The notes beneath the pieces were generated by a model, which saw only the letters and a list, made by a program, of their open reading frames with translations, was not told where the DNA came from and ran no database searches. Positions 21,700 through 32,258 of a DNA stretch of 32,258 nucleotides are shown here, piece by piece. This stretch comes from Trichoplax sp. H2. Lineage: Eukaryota. Numbering within the stretch: position 1 is the first letter of the stretch; each line of letters starts with the position of its first letter. The stretch covers positions 558,001 to 590,258 of the forward strand of contig NOWV01000031.1 in the NCBI GenBank assembly GCA_003344405.1. Direction: 5' to 3'. Position numbers and translations under genes: made by a program.

Positions 21700-22854
21700 C
21701 ATTTCTAAATTTTATTTTCGGTTTAGATAATACCCGTTCAAATTTCTTAGACTAACTTCTCTTTCTATAAGATAGTCTTTGATTCAATTAATTTCGGAGT
21801 ATAGAAATGTTAAGATAATGAAAAAGGCAATGGACTCATTCTAAGAATAGTATCTATCTATTTTTTTAATTGAATGTATACAATTCACAAACAGCATCTG
21901 TCACGTACTAAATTACCATGAGTAGTTTTTATATGTAAATAAATATGTAGATTTAGTTCAAGTTTGGAGATGGTAACTGTCATAAAGTTACCAAGCTTAT
22001 TCTTTTACTAAATATAGAGCGAATACACGCAACAGGATCAAGATTGGTCATATCAATATATACGTTGTAAATTCTGTATCCTTAAGTGGATAGACATTAT
22101 TTTATTATTGCGATAATTCCAAAATTTAGCGGTAGATCCTCGAACATAGATGTTGGGAACTAATTTAGTAGATCCCATTGTTAATTACCGACATATAGTA
22201 AACCTGATTGAGAAATTTGAACATGTATTTTGAATATTGTAGATTAAAACCTTATAATAAGTGTATTAGTTAAAAAGTAAGAGCAACATTGGGAATATTT
22301 ATCATATTAAATTTGCAGTTAAGAGGATTAGACTAGAGTTTAGAGAAGCCCTGAATGAAATATTTTGGTGAGTTGTCACTCTGTAAGTGGTTTTACCATG
22401 GTTCTACAAGACTTAAAGTAGTAGTTAAATCGGATTGTAAAACTAAAATATCAATTCAAGCATTTTAATCCGGCTAATAAAATAAATTTTTAATTTCGTT
22501 GTAAATTGAAGAATTGTTGTTCAGGTCAGTTGAATAAGGTTCGGACCGGGGAAGATATTTCCCAATACAGCAGATTGCCTAATGACCCTATATACTCATC
22601 TTAATAAGTCTTTAGTGATAGTAGATATATTGTAATTAAATTCTCAACCATATTGCTAGCCTTTACAAATTGAGGCCTATAACACCAGCATTTATATCGC
22701 TTGCTTTATAAAATATAAAATTCCTCTTTCTTTTAATTATCCATTCCTTGATCTCTATGAGGATTCTCAAGTCCTCGAATGAGAATAGTATTATTCTTCT
22801 TCCTATTACAATAACTCTGGGCGCATATTGATATATGAAATTTTCAGTCTATAT

Positions 22855-25800
22855 ATAGAGAGAGAGAAAGACTAAAAATGACGTAATAACACATGCAGGA
22901 CTACTTAGCCATTCCTCTTCAAACTAGGCGTAACGATGACCATAGATTTGATCACCAATACCAATAATGAATAGGTATATTGACATTGAAAAATCGAATA
23001 AAGCTAGTCTATTAAAGATTAACTTAGTAGCTGCACCCATTTCAGTATCATTATCAATGCGATTTCGAACGATTACAAATATATTTCCAAAGAAAGCTGA
23101 CGAAGCCATAATTCATACTGCTAATTTTAGAGATGTGTGAACGAGAATATTTTCATAGCTTAAAGCCAAATTCAAATCTTGAACGAGCGAATACGTAGTT
23201 ATCTTCGCTGGAACTATACCACATAAATATTCTAACAATTAATAAAAACTGAATTTTTAAAGGCAAACTGCAATCAGAATCTGCCCGAGAATGCGGGTAC
23301 TCTGAGCTATCAGTATTACTATAACTAGACCATCAGATCTAGATATTTTCTAATCCAGGCATATAATAAGTAGGATCCCGCCACTAGCGTAGGTCAGTTC
23401 AATTACAGGATCTATAAATACTAGTAAAACCCACGTTCGTTTTACGTCCCGTATAGTATGTACTCGCACTTTTACTTTACAATTTGTGTCAAGTATCAAA
23501 GAAAGTAACCAGTATTGTGTTACCAACTCTGATTATATTTTTAGCTGCATTACATGTTGCACTCATTTTCTGTGGCTTAGAAGTACGTCTTACTATGTTG
23601 TCTCTAAACAGGAACTTTTCAAAGGAAAATCTCGATATGTATACATTGCTATTACAAGCTTATATTTCATATGTTAAGTTTACTTCGATTACATCCTCAA
23701 TTCCTATCTATTACATTTGCTATTGTATTTACTTACTTATTATAAGGTGCTATCCGGAAAATGAACTTTACGATACTTGAGTTAATGACAATCTATACCT
23801 GACATTGATACTATTTGGCCATGTATTACAGAAATATCAATATCATCCTTTTGGTGTCTAATTTTCCTGATTTGTAATGATAATTAAGATATATATACAT
23901 ATGCTGCATTTTATCATTTGCAACTTGCTCTCCTTGACTATCCAATACATATAGTTTTATGATTTAGAAAAATTCATGTTACCATTTTCAAGTTGGCTTA
24001 GCTTGAGTGATTTCTCGTACATTAACATGACTTTATTATACTCTCTCTGAAGGTATGGACACTTCAATATTATTGCATGAATGACTGGCATTGACATAAT
24101 TTTCACTCGATAAAAAATAACAATCCTATTTCTAGTGCTTCGTATAGACTTTCCAATCTTGTTGGTTTCGATTTTATAACCTTTTCATATCGTTTTGTTC
24201 GTCCAAACATTAGCTTATTTTGAACTGATTTAACCCTTTCCAGCCAATTTTTCTACTCAATCCATTAGTCCATTTGCGTTAAGAATATTAATCATACCTA
24301 TTCTTAGGAAGACGTTATACTAAACTTTATCAATGGTATCTGTAGTTTGGAAAAGCAGATGAATTTGATCAATAATCATTTCAAATAATTAAAATACTTT
24401 TTGATATGATAAATCTTTCTCGCTATCGTTACTTTCACTATATATAGACATTTTTAGCAGAGCATTTTTAGACTCGATCAGTAACTGATTACCCTTTAAT
24501 GAATTTTACTAAAGCCACAAACGTCTTTATAAATCTTTTATCATTCCGTATAATATTTCTAGTACTAATCCCTTTATTAAGCCCATTAAAAATTGTTAGT
24601 ATTTTCATTTTTAATGCTTCGATCCAGTCTATTTCTATCCTAACTCACCTACTTCAAGCATTATGGACGTATAATTGCTTCTGTAGTTTAGAGTGAACTA
24701 CAGAAAATAATTAGGCTTCTCGTATTTATTTTAATGAAAGAAATTAAGGAGAATCTTACACATCTATTTTTTTATTCGGAAAGCACGTGTATTATAATTA
24801 TTAAAAATGTGAAAATGTCCGAATACTATCCTGCAGTAGTCAGAAGATTTATCAATTAATTAAATATACGCCAGATAAATTAGAGTAAAAAAAGATGTAA
24901 TTGAGACAGTTGGCTTAATTAAGTTATAAATTTAATACATCCAGCAGGAATATCCCATTAAAGGAGAAATGGCAAAATTCATTAATTAAAAAGACTTTCA
25001 ATCCCATCATAAAGAAATACTTCTTTTATAGACTCTAGTTTTAGACCCATACACCAGAAAAATAGAGAGTATGGATAAATAGGATTATTTTACTTGTTTT
25101 ATTCCCCACATTACAGTACTTTCAGCTGTCAGTTACTCAATTTCTGTAGCAATTCCAGATCCAATTGACTACCAAGCGTAAACGTGTAATTTTACCATGA
25201 GATAAATGTTTTTAGTCTAACATCGACTCTTCATGAACCAGCTTCGTAACAAGGTGTGATATATACCAATCACGAAATTCCAAATTTTAGAAAAATAAGG
25301 GCTTTATTGAATCTTATACAAAGATTAACTACACACAGCTCTACTCTAGCCGAATACTACTACTAAAGACTTCTAGAACGAACTAACAGAATAATCTAAA
25401 GTTGCATGCTTTTATACTTTCTGTAGCATTCGCAGCTACAATCCGCATGGCAACCTTTTACCTTATTTTACACATAGTTAAATTATTCTTAGTAAGACTA
25501 TTCTACTGCGGACCATTATTAATCCAATATGGATACGACTATAGTACTTACGTAGACATTATTCACACCAGCCAAAGTACAATGAATTAACCATATCCTA
25601 ATATATGATTTACACTTCTATTTTTACCTATAGCCTTATCAGTAACTCAACAGCTTACTGTATATAGTCATCTGTACTCTAGCATAGAGTCTCTACCACT
25701 ACAGTCTATAGTTATAGCTACCAAATATCTCTTAGGATAAATATCTACCGTACATTATACTACACATGGCTAACAGTCTACAATCACAATACTAAGTTAC

Positions 25801-26990
25801 ATTACACAACGATAACGTGAAGCAAATTTCTAAATCTCTAAATTGCTAAAGTCTCTGGGATTCAGTATCCCTAACTATCTCAAAAGTATTTAGATGCCTT
25901 TGGTTATACATTAAATGACTATAAAATTCCGATTTTATTCAGCTATCTACCCAGCTTGAATACTCTTCGGCAGCGACTAGTAGGAGTGAGTCATCGTAAG
26001 ATTGTGAAAGTTAATTCCTACCGGATGGCTAAATTAATACTAAGATATTTATAACCTTAGACATGTATCGAATGATTCTAGATAACTAGACTACAGTATG
26101 TCCATGCACAGAATTATTTATGGTATCACCTATAATTCAGTATCTTCAGGATATTTATTAATCGCATGCGTTACAAGACATAGCACTATAATCAATTAAC
26201 ATCAGTTACCCTATAAGAACTCTTGCTGCAGTGCAGCTTAATTTATTGTAACAAATAATAACTACAGTGATTCTTACTGTAAGCCATTAATAGCTATCAA
26301 CTACTGTAAGTAAACGTTTAGTTGCCTAAATTTAGTCAGCTATTTATTTACGGTAGTTGGTACCGTGAAACGATTCTTGGTCTAATTGTATCTTATTTCG
26401 TCTTCGCGTTAACTTGGTATATGTCATAAATTATCAATTGAAAAAGGATTTAATAAGTTAAGTAACAATAATATTAATAATCCATAAATATGAAGATTCA
26501 TTAATTAAACGATTAAAATTAGCTAGATACCCACTATCATCTAATTCCAAATAGGTATCAAAAAGTTCTATCTTCATTTATCATCTTATTCAATATTAGA
26601 AATACGAGTTACTTACTTGCTATCATGAAAAGCACAATAATGGAACTATTGAACAATTGCAGCCGTTACAATTACTACACACTATAGCCGCCTGAAATAT
26701 TTTAATTGTATGATATCGTTCAACTAATATTTCAACTGAAAGGTTGGGAACAAAAATTTTGCAAATACTTATTGGTTATATTCGTCTGTTTATACCACCC
26801 CCTAAGCATTAAATTTTCTTATATAGTGTAATAATAGTAACCCATCCCACATTATAAAATACCGAAATGAGAAAAATTCAAGTTAAAATCTATTAATAAC
26901 CAACGTGCTTGGCAAACAATAACTATCATCAATCATAATCATCGTTGTACAAAAAATAGAAGAAAAAAATAATTGCTAGATTCATGGTCA
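22855..26990 (-). pseudogene. LRR-containing GPCR (GRL101/RXFP-like LGR) pseudogene, multi-exon and decayed
   Basis: Exon 23231-22860 reads YLCGIVPAK..SYENILVHTSLKLAV*IMASSAFFGNIFVI..LALFDFSMSIYLFIIGIGDQIYGHRYA*FEEEWLSSPACVITSFLVFLS, i.e. hinge-TM1-TM2-ECL1-TM3 of LGRs with two in-frame stops. Upstream are splice-bounded fragments with LRR-like peptides (~25095-25215, 24765-24830, 24495-24698), a Cys-rich cap exon (~26617-26691, VCSNCNGCNC) and a frameshifted signal-like start near 26990. The 5' extent is tentative, and TM4-7 were not found. Confidence 0.75.
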
Positions 26991-27139
26991 TCGCCTTACT
27001 GACAATCTTTTATATTGCAAGTATTAGGCAATATCTATAGGAATAATGTTTTATACGAACGCTTTTAGTCTCGAATATTTGCTTATTTCTTATGGGCAAT
27101 GAGCCTGATTGTATAAATTACCTTATTATGATCACTATT

Positions 27140-27640
27140 TCTTTAAGTTTGAAAAAGGACATCCTAGCGTAATAATGACTCTAGTTACTTTATCTTAACT
27201 TAGCGTTAAAGAACTAACCTGTGATGAAAAAAGTCGGCGAACCATACCAAAAATTATAGCTTGTATTTTTTTTTCTTGGCGATGCCCGAATGTTAATAGA
27301 GACCTCTTATTCTGTTCAAGAGAAATAAATCAATGAAAGATTGAGATAATACAGAAGTAGCTATGCGTATAATGCTTTAGCTTATACTTTTTTCCGAGTT
27401 ATCTTTGTATCCAAGGTAAATGAACTTGACGAATCAATTTCAAGGACTACAATACATAGTTTATTAGTATGAGATGAGTTTATTCATGGAAATTAATGAA
27501 AGTAATTTGTATCGTGACTCAGAGTGAAAAAATAACCGATCTTATTATCGCAAAGCATGAGGTAGTATCCGACATCTTTCAAATTTACAACTTACTTGTC
27601 CAATTGGGTAGAATTGATAATTCAAGAAATGAGCTTTAGT
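27140..27640 (-). other. Candidate chain of small spliced exons (unknown short gene or 5'UTR exons)
   Basis: GT-AG bounded segments 27446-27388, 27311-27219 and 27163 onward splice into an open frame (LEIDSSSSFTLDTKITRKK-NKRSLLTFGHRQEKKIQAIIFGMVRRLFSSQ-DVLFQT*). There is a GTAAGT donor at ~27595. No recognisable homology. Confidence 0.3.
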
Positions 27641-29164
27641 AACAGTTGAGTCGGTTTCTGTGACGGTTTTTTAGATCTGGAGGTTGTTCATGATATTACT
27701 GCTTTAATAGCTTTTCCCATGAATGAGATCAGTATGAAAGGACAAATAATAATATATAGATTCTTATAAATGACCCATAATTCCTTATTCTATCCAGTGA
27801 ACAATAGTTTTTATAGTCGTAGCTAACTACAGTGGATAGCCAGGTATACTGTATTCTTCAACGACATAATTTGAAATCATAACCGCATGTCTGCTAGGTA
27901 GCTTATTTTACATCTTAACTTAGTTATAGAATAGCGATGGAGCTTTGGGAGGGGTTTCTCATAGAATAATCATTTAACTATATACTACAATTATTGTTTT
28001 GATCATGATCTCCAACTGGTAAAATAGAGAGAATTCCTTCGAAAAATAATTTGTAAATTGGAATTCATTTCGAAAAATCAGCTGAAACCAACGCAATATT
28101 AAATATGGCACGATGTATTATAAATGGAATAACTGAGAATATTATTTACTAATTAGGGATTGCAATTTAGAGATGGATATAATAGATAATAATGGTAAAT
28201 TGAAATAGAATTTCAAGCACAGTGAATAACTGCTTCTAATATGGGAAATTCAATTCCATTCAAAATGTTCACTAAAAATAGTAATATCCAATAAGAAAGA
28301 ATTTCAATTTTACGCATACTGCATTAATATAGAAGGATTGAAAACACAGTTAGTTGATAATTGTATAAAGATAAAATTCACCATAGTAAGTTGATATTTT
28401 TTTCTATATTAAACACATAATTATTAAAGGAGACGGATAGAATAAAAAAAAATTAGTATAGCACTTAATTGCTGTTAAATTTATTACGATCTAGAAATGA
28501 TGCGAAAATCATTTCTATTTCATACCAGTACAGGAATCAATCGATAGAGTTGATTCGAATAAGTAGTTGGCATGAAGATTGTAATGGACAATGAACGATC
28601 AATGATAACGATAGGAAGAAGATGAATCTTTCTGCCTAAGATATGATGGCCTAACGTGTAGGATTAATACATGGCATCGAATTGTCATTAGTTTATATCT
28701 AGCTCAAATGAGAGATAAATTAAGCTGGTTATGACTGTAATGATTGAGTGATTGGTAAGGAAGAGCTAATACACTACTATAAAATTAGTGGATTGTACTG
28801 AAATTAGTGACGGACGATCGATAAATTGAACTCGTCATGATTGCAAGATAGGAGTAGCTTAACTATAAGAGAAAAAGCACTTCATGTACTTGATAAATTA
28901 ATTTTTTACCCTGAACTGCGTAATGAAAGGATGGACGAAATTAAATTGGCCGTAGATATGATGATGGTAGTTTTTACGGGACGAATGATATTAGCTATTA
29001 TAGCATGAAAGTATTTATTGAGCTGTTTAGCCATAACAATAGATGAATTAAACTATCCATGATTATATTGATAGCGTTAGTTTATAGACAAGAAATAATA
29101 CAGACAGTCATGAAATTAAAGTATTGCTTTAAGCTGTTTCGCGAAACGAAGGGTATTTAAGCTA

Positions 29165-30575
29165 AGACTTAAAGATAGAGTAATTGATAGTAAGAGGAGA
29201 TCAAGACTTTTTAATGTATAAAAACCTGTTCATTTGCCAGAGCAATTTAACGGTAAGGTTTATTTGATGGAGAAGACAAAATAAAGACATTTGGATACAT
29301 AAAATTCACTTCATTCACTTAAGCAATTTAATGATAGAATAATCTGGTAGAGAAAACGAATTCGAAATAGTTTAGAACACAATAATCAGTTCATGTACCG
29401 TAGCAATTTAATGATAGTGTTATGTTATGGAGAAGACAAATTAGAGATGTCTGGACGCATAAAATTCAGTTCATGCGCCGTAGCAATTTAACAACAGAGT
29501 TATTTTATAAAGATGACGAAGTACAGACATCTGGAGGCATAAAATTTAATTCATTACTCAAGCGATTGAACGATAGAGTAATTTAATGGAGGAAATGAAA
29601 TAGGGACATCTGGAGAGACAAGATTCGGTTCACTTACCCAAGATATTTAACGATAGAGTAATTTTATAGAGAAATAAAATAGAGGCATCTGGATACATTA
29701 AATTCAGTGCATCTACTTAAGCAATATAACGAAAGAGTAATTTTATACAGAAGACAAAATAGAGATATTTTGAGGCATAAAAAATTCAGTTCAACTACCC
29801 CGGCAGTTTAATACTGAAACTGTAATGTTATAGAGAGGACGATATCGATTTTTGGATTTAAACTTCCGTTTAATTTACTCAAGCAATTTAAGAATAAAAT
29901 AATTTAATGGGGAAAACGAAATAGAGACATCTGGAGACATAAAATTTAGTTTATTTATCTAAGCAATTTCTCGAAAGAGTAATCTTGTAGGGAAGATAAA
30001 ATAGAGATGTTTGCAGCATAAATTTAGTTCACCTAACCTAGCAATTTAGCGATAGAGTAATTTGATGGGGAAGACAAAATAGAGGCGGTTTGGTACATGA
30101 TTATCGGTTCATGTACAGTATCATAACAATTTAACAATAGAGTAATTTTATAGAGAAGAGGAAGTAGAGACTGTTAGTTACTTAAAAATCAGTTCACTTA
30201 CCGTAACAATTTAACGATAGAGTAATATTACGGAGAAGAATAAGAGATAGCTAGATGCATACAAATTGGTTTATTTTTCAAGCAATTTTATAGAAATGAG
30301 GAAACAAAGATATCTGGGTACATAAAAATCGGTTTGTACATCAAACCAATTTAACGACCGAGCGGTTTTATAGAGTAGAGGAAACAGTGACAGCTCGGTG
30401 CTTAAATATCAGCTCATTTACGAAAGCAATTTTACATAGAAGAGAAAATAGAGACAGCTATGCGCATATAACTAAATTCATTTACTTAAGTAGTTTAACG
30501 ATAGAGTAGTTTTATAAAGAGGAGGAAATATGGACAGTTGAGCGCATCAACTCAGTCTGTTTTTCATCGCAATTT
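29165..30575. repeat. Diverged 80-bp tandem array, ~17-18 units
   Basis: agcaattta recurs at ~29241, 29322, 29402, 29482, 29561, 29641, 29720, 29802, 29882, 29962, 30040 and onward. Approximate consensus AGCAATTTAACGATAGAGTAATTTTATAGAGAAGACAAAATAGAGACATCTGGAGACATAAAATTCAGTTCATTTACTCA, with stops in all six frames. Confidence 0.92.
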
Positions 30576-30864
30576 AGTTATCCTCGCTATCTCGAGGAAA
30601 TAATAATTATAATTTGTCCAAAAAGGGTAATGCAGATCGTCATAGAATTAAAACATTTTGCATCGAGTTCTAAAATGAAACGGTAAACGAATTAGACTGC
30701 TAGGGTGATAGATTGTTGGAAAAGAGATGCTGTTGATTAGTAAAGTGATGCAATCCATCGAATTGTTGAGGAAACATGGTAGATAGATTATAATTATAAA
30801 TTTTGATGACTAAAACGTTGCAGCGAGTTGTAGAAAAGAAGTGATGCTGCAAGTTTTATAGTAA

Positions 30865-31101
30865 CTAGTGCAAACTCCCGTCGCTTTGCTGACGGTTTAC
30901 GATAATGTGCTCATTTAACAGATAGTATCACCATTTGTCGTAGACCTGTCAGAGGTTCAGTAACTTTATACCGTGTACTAAAGTCAGACTATAAACAAAA
31001 ATAAGCTAACTTACTATTATGGGGATCACAATTCTCAACTTTACAAAACTAAAATATATTTTCTATCTTCTACTTCTTTCTTACTTCTTTATAGTCATAG
31101 A
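30865..31101 (-). mobile_element. Non-autonomous Helitron, 237 bp, both termini present
   Basis: Minus strand reads A|TCTATGACTATAAAGAAG ... CCGTC-agcaaagc-GACGG-gagtttgca-CTAG|T. Canonical TC/CTRR ends, hairpin, AT target and no TSD. Confidence 0.82.
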
Positions 31102-31780
31102 TCTGGTACGGTCTGCAAAATAGAGTATTTTATACTGGACGTACCGTACTTTCCATAACTATGAAAATACCATTTTATAGACCGGATCAGGCATATTAAT
31201 TAAATTCAAATGCTTTATTAGTACATACTTTCACTTTCACGGCACTTTTGGAACATCTGGCATCTAATGATAGAATTATTTAGTAAAATTAGAACTCTGC
31301 ATGTGAATGCGCCTAAAAAATGCATTTAAAATTCACTGATGATGGCTTATCTAAAAATAAATAATGTTGTGCGATTTCTCCTAATGTTCCAACTAATTAC
31401 TGACTACCGCAACATTGTGCATAGATATAAAGCTGTGTGTCTTCATAGCTTAAGCTTTCAGGACCAATGAGAATAGTGAACAGTGGTAGCCATAACATTT
31501 AAACAAACTTCTTTCAATTGTTCAAATATCCGCATTCAAGAATGAAAACCAATTCGTTTCTTATGTCATGACTGACCTAATCAACCCAATTTTAAATTGT
31601 ATTGGTTAGTTATCAGGCAAAAAAGAATCGACTTGTTTAATTAATAGCCAGTTGAAGAGTTGGATATTAAAGATTTGGTATTATTCAATTTGACATCATT
31701 AATTCAATTTCATTTCTAGACAAGAAGTTACCATAGCTCATTGATTAACTACTGTAGTCTACCTAAAAATTGAATTCATC

Positions 31781-32258
31781 ATGTTTAATATAACCCATCA
31801 AACTTCTAACAGCAATAACTACCAACTAATTGAAGCTGAATCTATTGTCGTTTATAGCGTTATTTCAGGACTAACTATCTTGACTAACGTTTCTATGCTG
31901 GTATTAATTATATCTGAGCGTAAACTTCACACTATGTCAAACTGGATCATGGCTAGTATGTTCTTTACTGGAATTATCTTTGGCCTATTTTATTTATTAC
32001 CTCGATGGGCACTCCACAATCTGTGGGTTTATAAAGACCCAATCGCATGTACCGTTCTACCCCAAACAGGCTTGGCATTAATTCTTAACTTTAATTTACA
32101 TTTAACATTAGTCAGTCTAGATCGATACTTGTGTGTTATGTTCCCTATTAAATATAAAATAAGGAAAACTTATTTAACTGCCACGTTATCAGTAGTTACC
32201 ATCTGGTTATTGAGTATTTTAAGTGCTTACTTACCCCTTATTACAATACTAATCATGG
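31781..32258 (+). CDS. Class A (rhodopsin-like) GPCR, 5' part (TM1-TM4), runs off the window end
   Basis: Open frame MFNITHQTSN..VISGLTILTNVSMLVLIISERKLHTMSNWIMASM..C..LHLTLVSLDRYLCVMFPIKY..IWLLS, with an N-glycosylation sequon, TM1 Asn, LHT..N, DRY and TM4 Trp. Missing from the ORF track because there is no stop in the window. Confidence 0.93.
   Translation, partial: MFNITHQTSNSNNYQLIEAESIVVYSVISGLTILTNVSMLVLIISERKLHTMSNWIMASMFFTGIIFGLFYLLPRWALHNLWVYKDPIACTVLPQTGLALILNFNLHLTLVSLDRYLCVMFPIKYKIRKTYLTATLSVVTIWLLSILSAYLPLITILIM

Noticed and set aside
25300..26300. CTAC/ACTA-rich, G-poor stretch including ORF 25402-25590
   Set aside because: No definable period or coding signal could be found by eye; treated as compositional bias within a pseudogene intron.
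29165..30575. CRISPR array or LRR/ankyrin coding repeat
   Set aside because: Entire units are homologous (no unique spacers), there are no cas genes and the context is eukaryotic. The period of 80 is not a multiple of 3 and all frames have stops.

Overview
AT-rich eukaryotic (animal) genomic DNA with short GT-AG introns and three ~20-N scaffold gaps. The gene content (intronless noggin, kinesin-light-chain-type TPR genes, a GRL101-like LRR-GPCR, a divergent class A GPCR) suggests an early-branching animal such as a placozoan, but this is inference. The left half holds two intact conserved genes: a single-exon Noggin (2967-3692, +) and a hand-assembled 14-exon TXNDC11 (7305-12869, +, ~705 aa). 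The right half is a fast-turnover region. It contains a TPR gene with a frameshifted tail and a decayed paralogue, two remnants of a secreted intelectin/fibrinogen-N-like gene arranged as a duplicated head-to-head TPR/lectin cassette, a decayed coding repeat, an LRR-GPCR pseudogene, a ~1.4-kb diverged 80-bp tandem array, two non-autonomous Helitrons whose target sites resemble the element's own 5' end, and the 5' part of a class A GPCR running off the window. Near-identical duplications beside the gaps are probably haplotype or assembly artefacts. All alignments and translations were done by eye, so the boundaries of decayed features are approximate.
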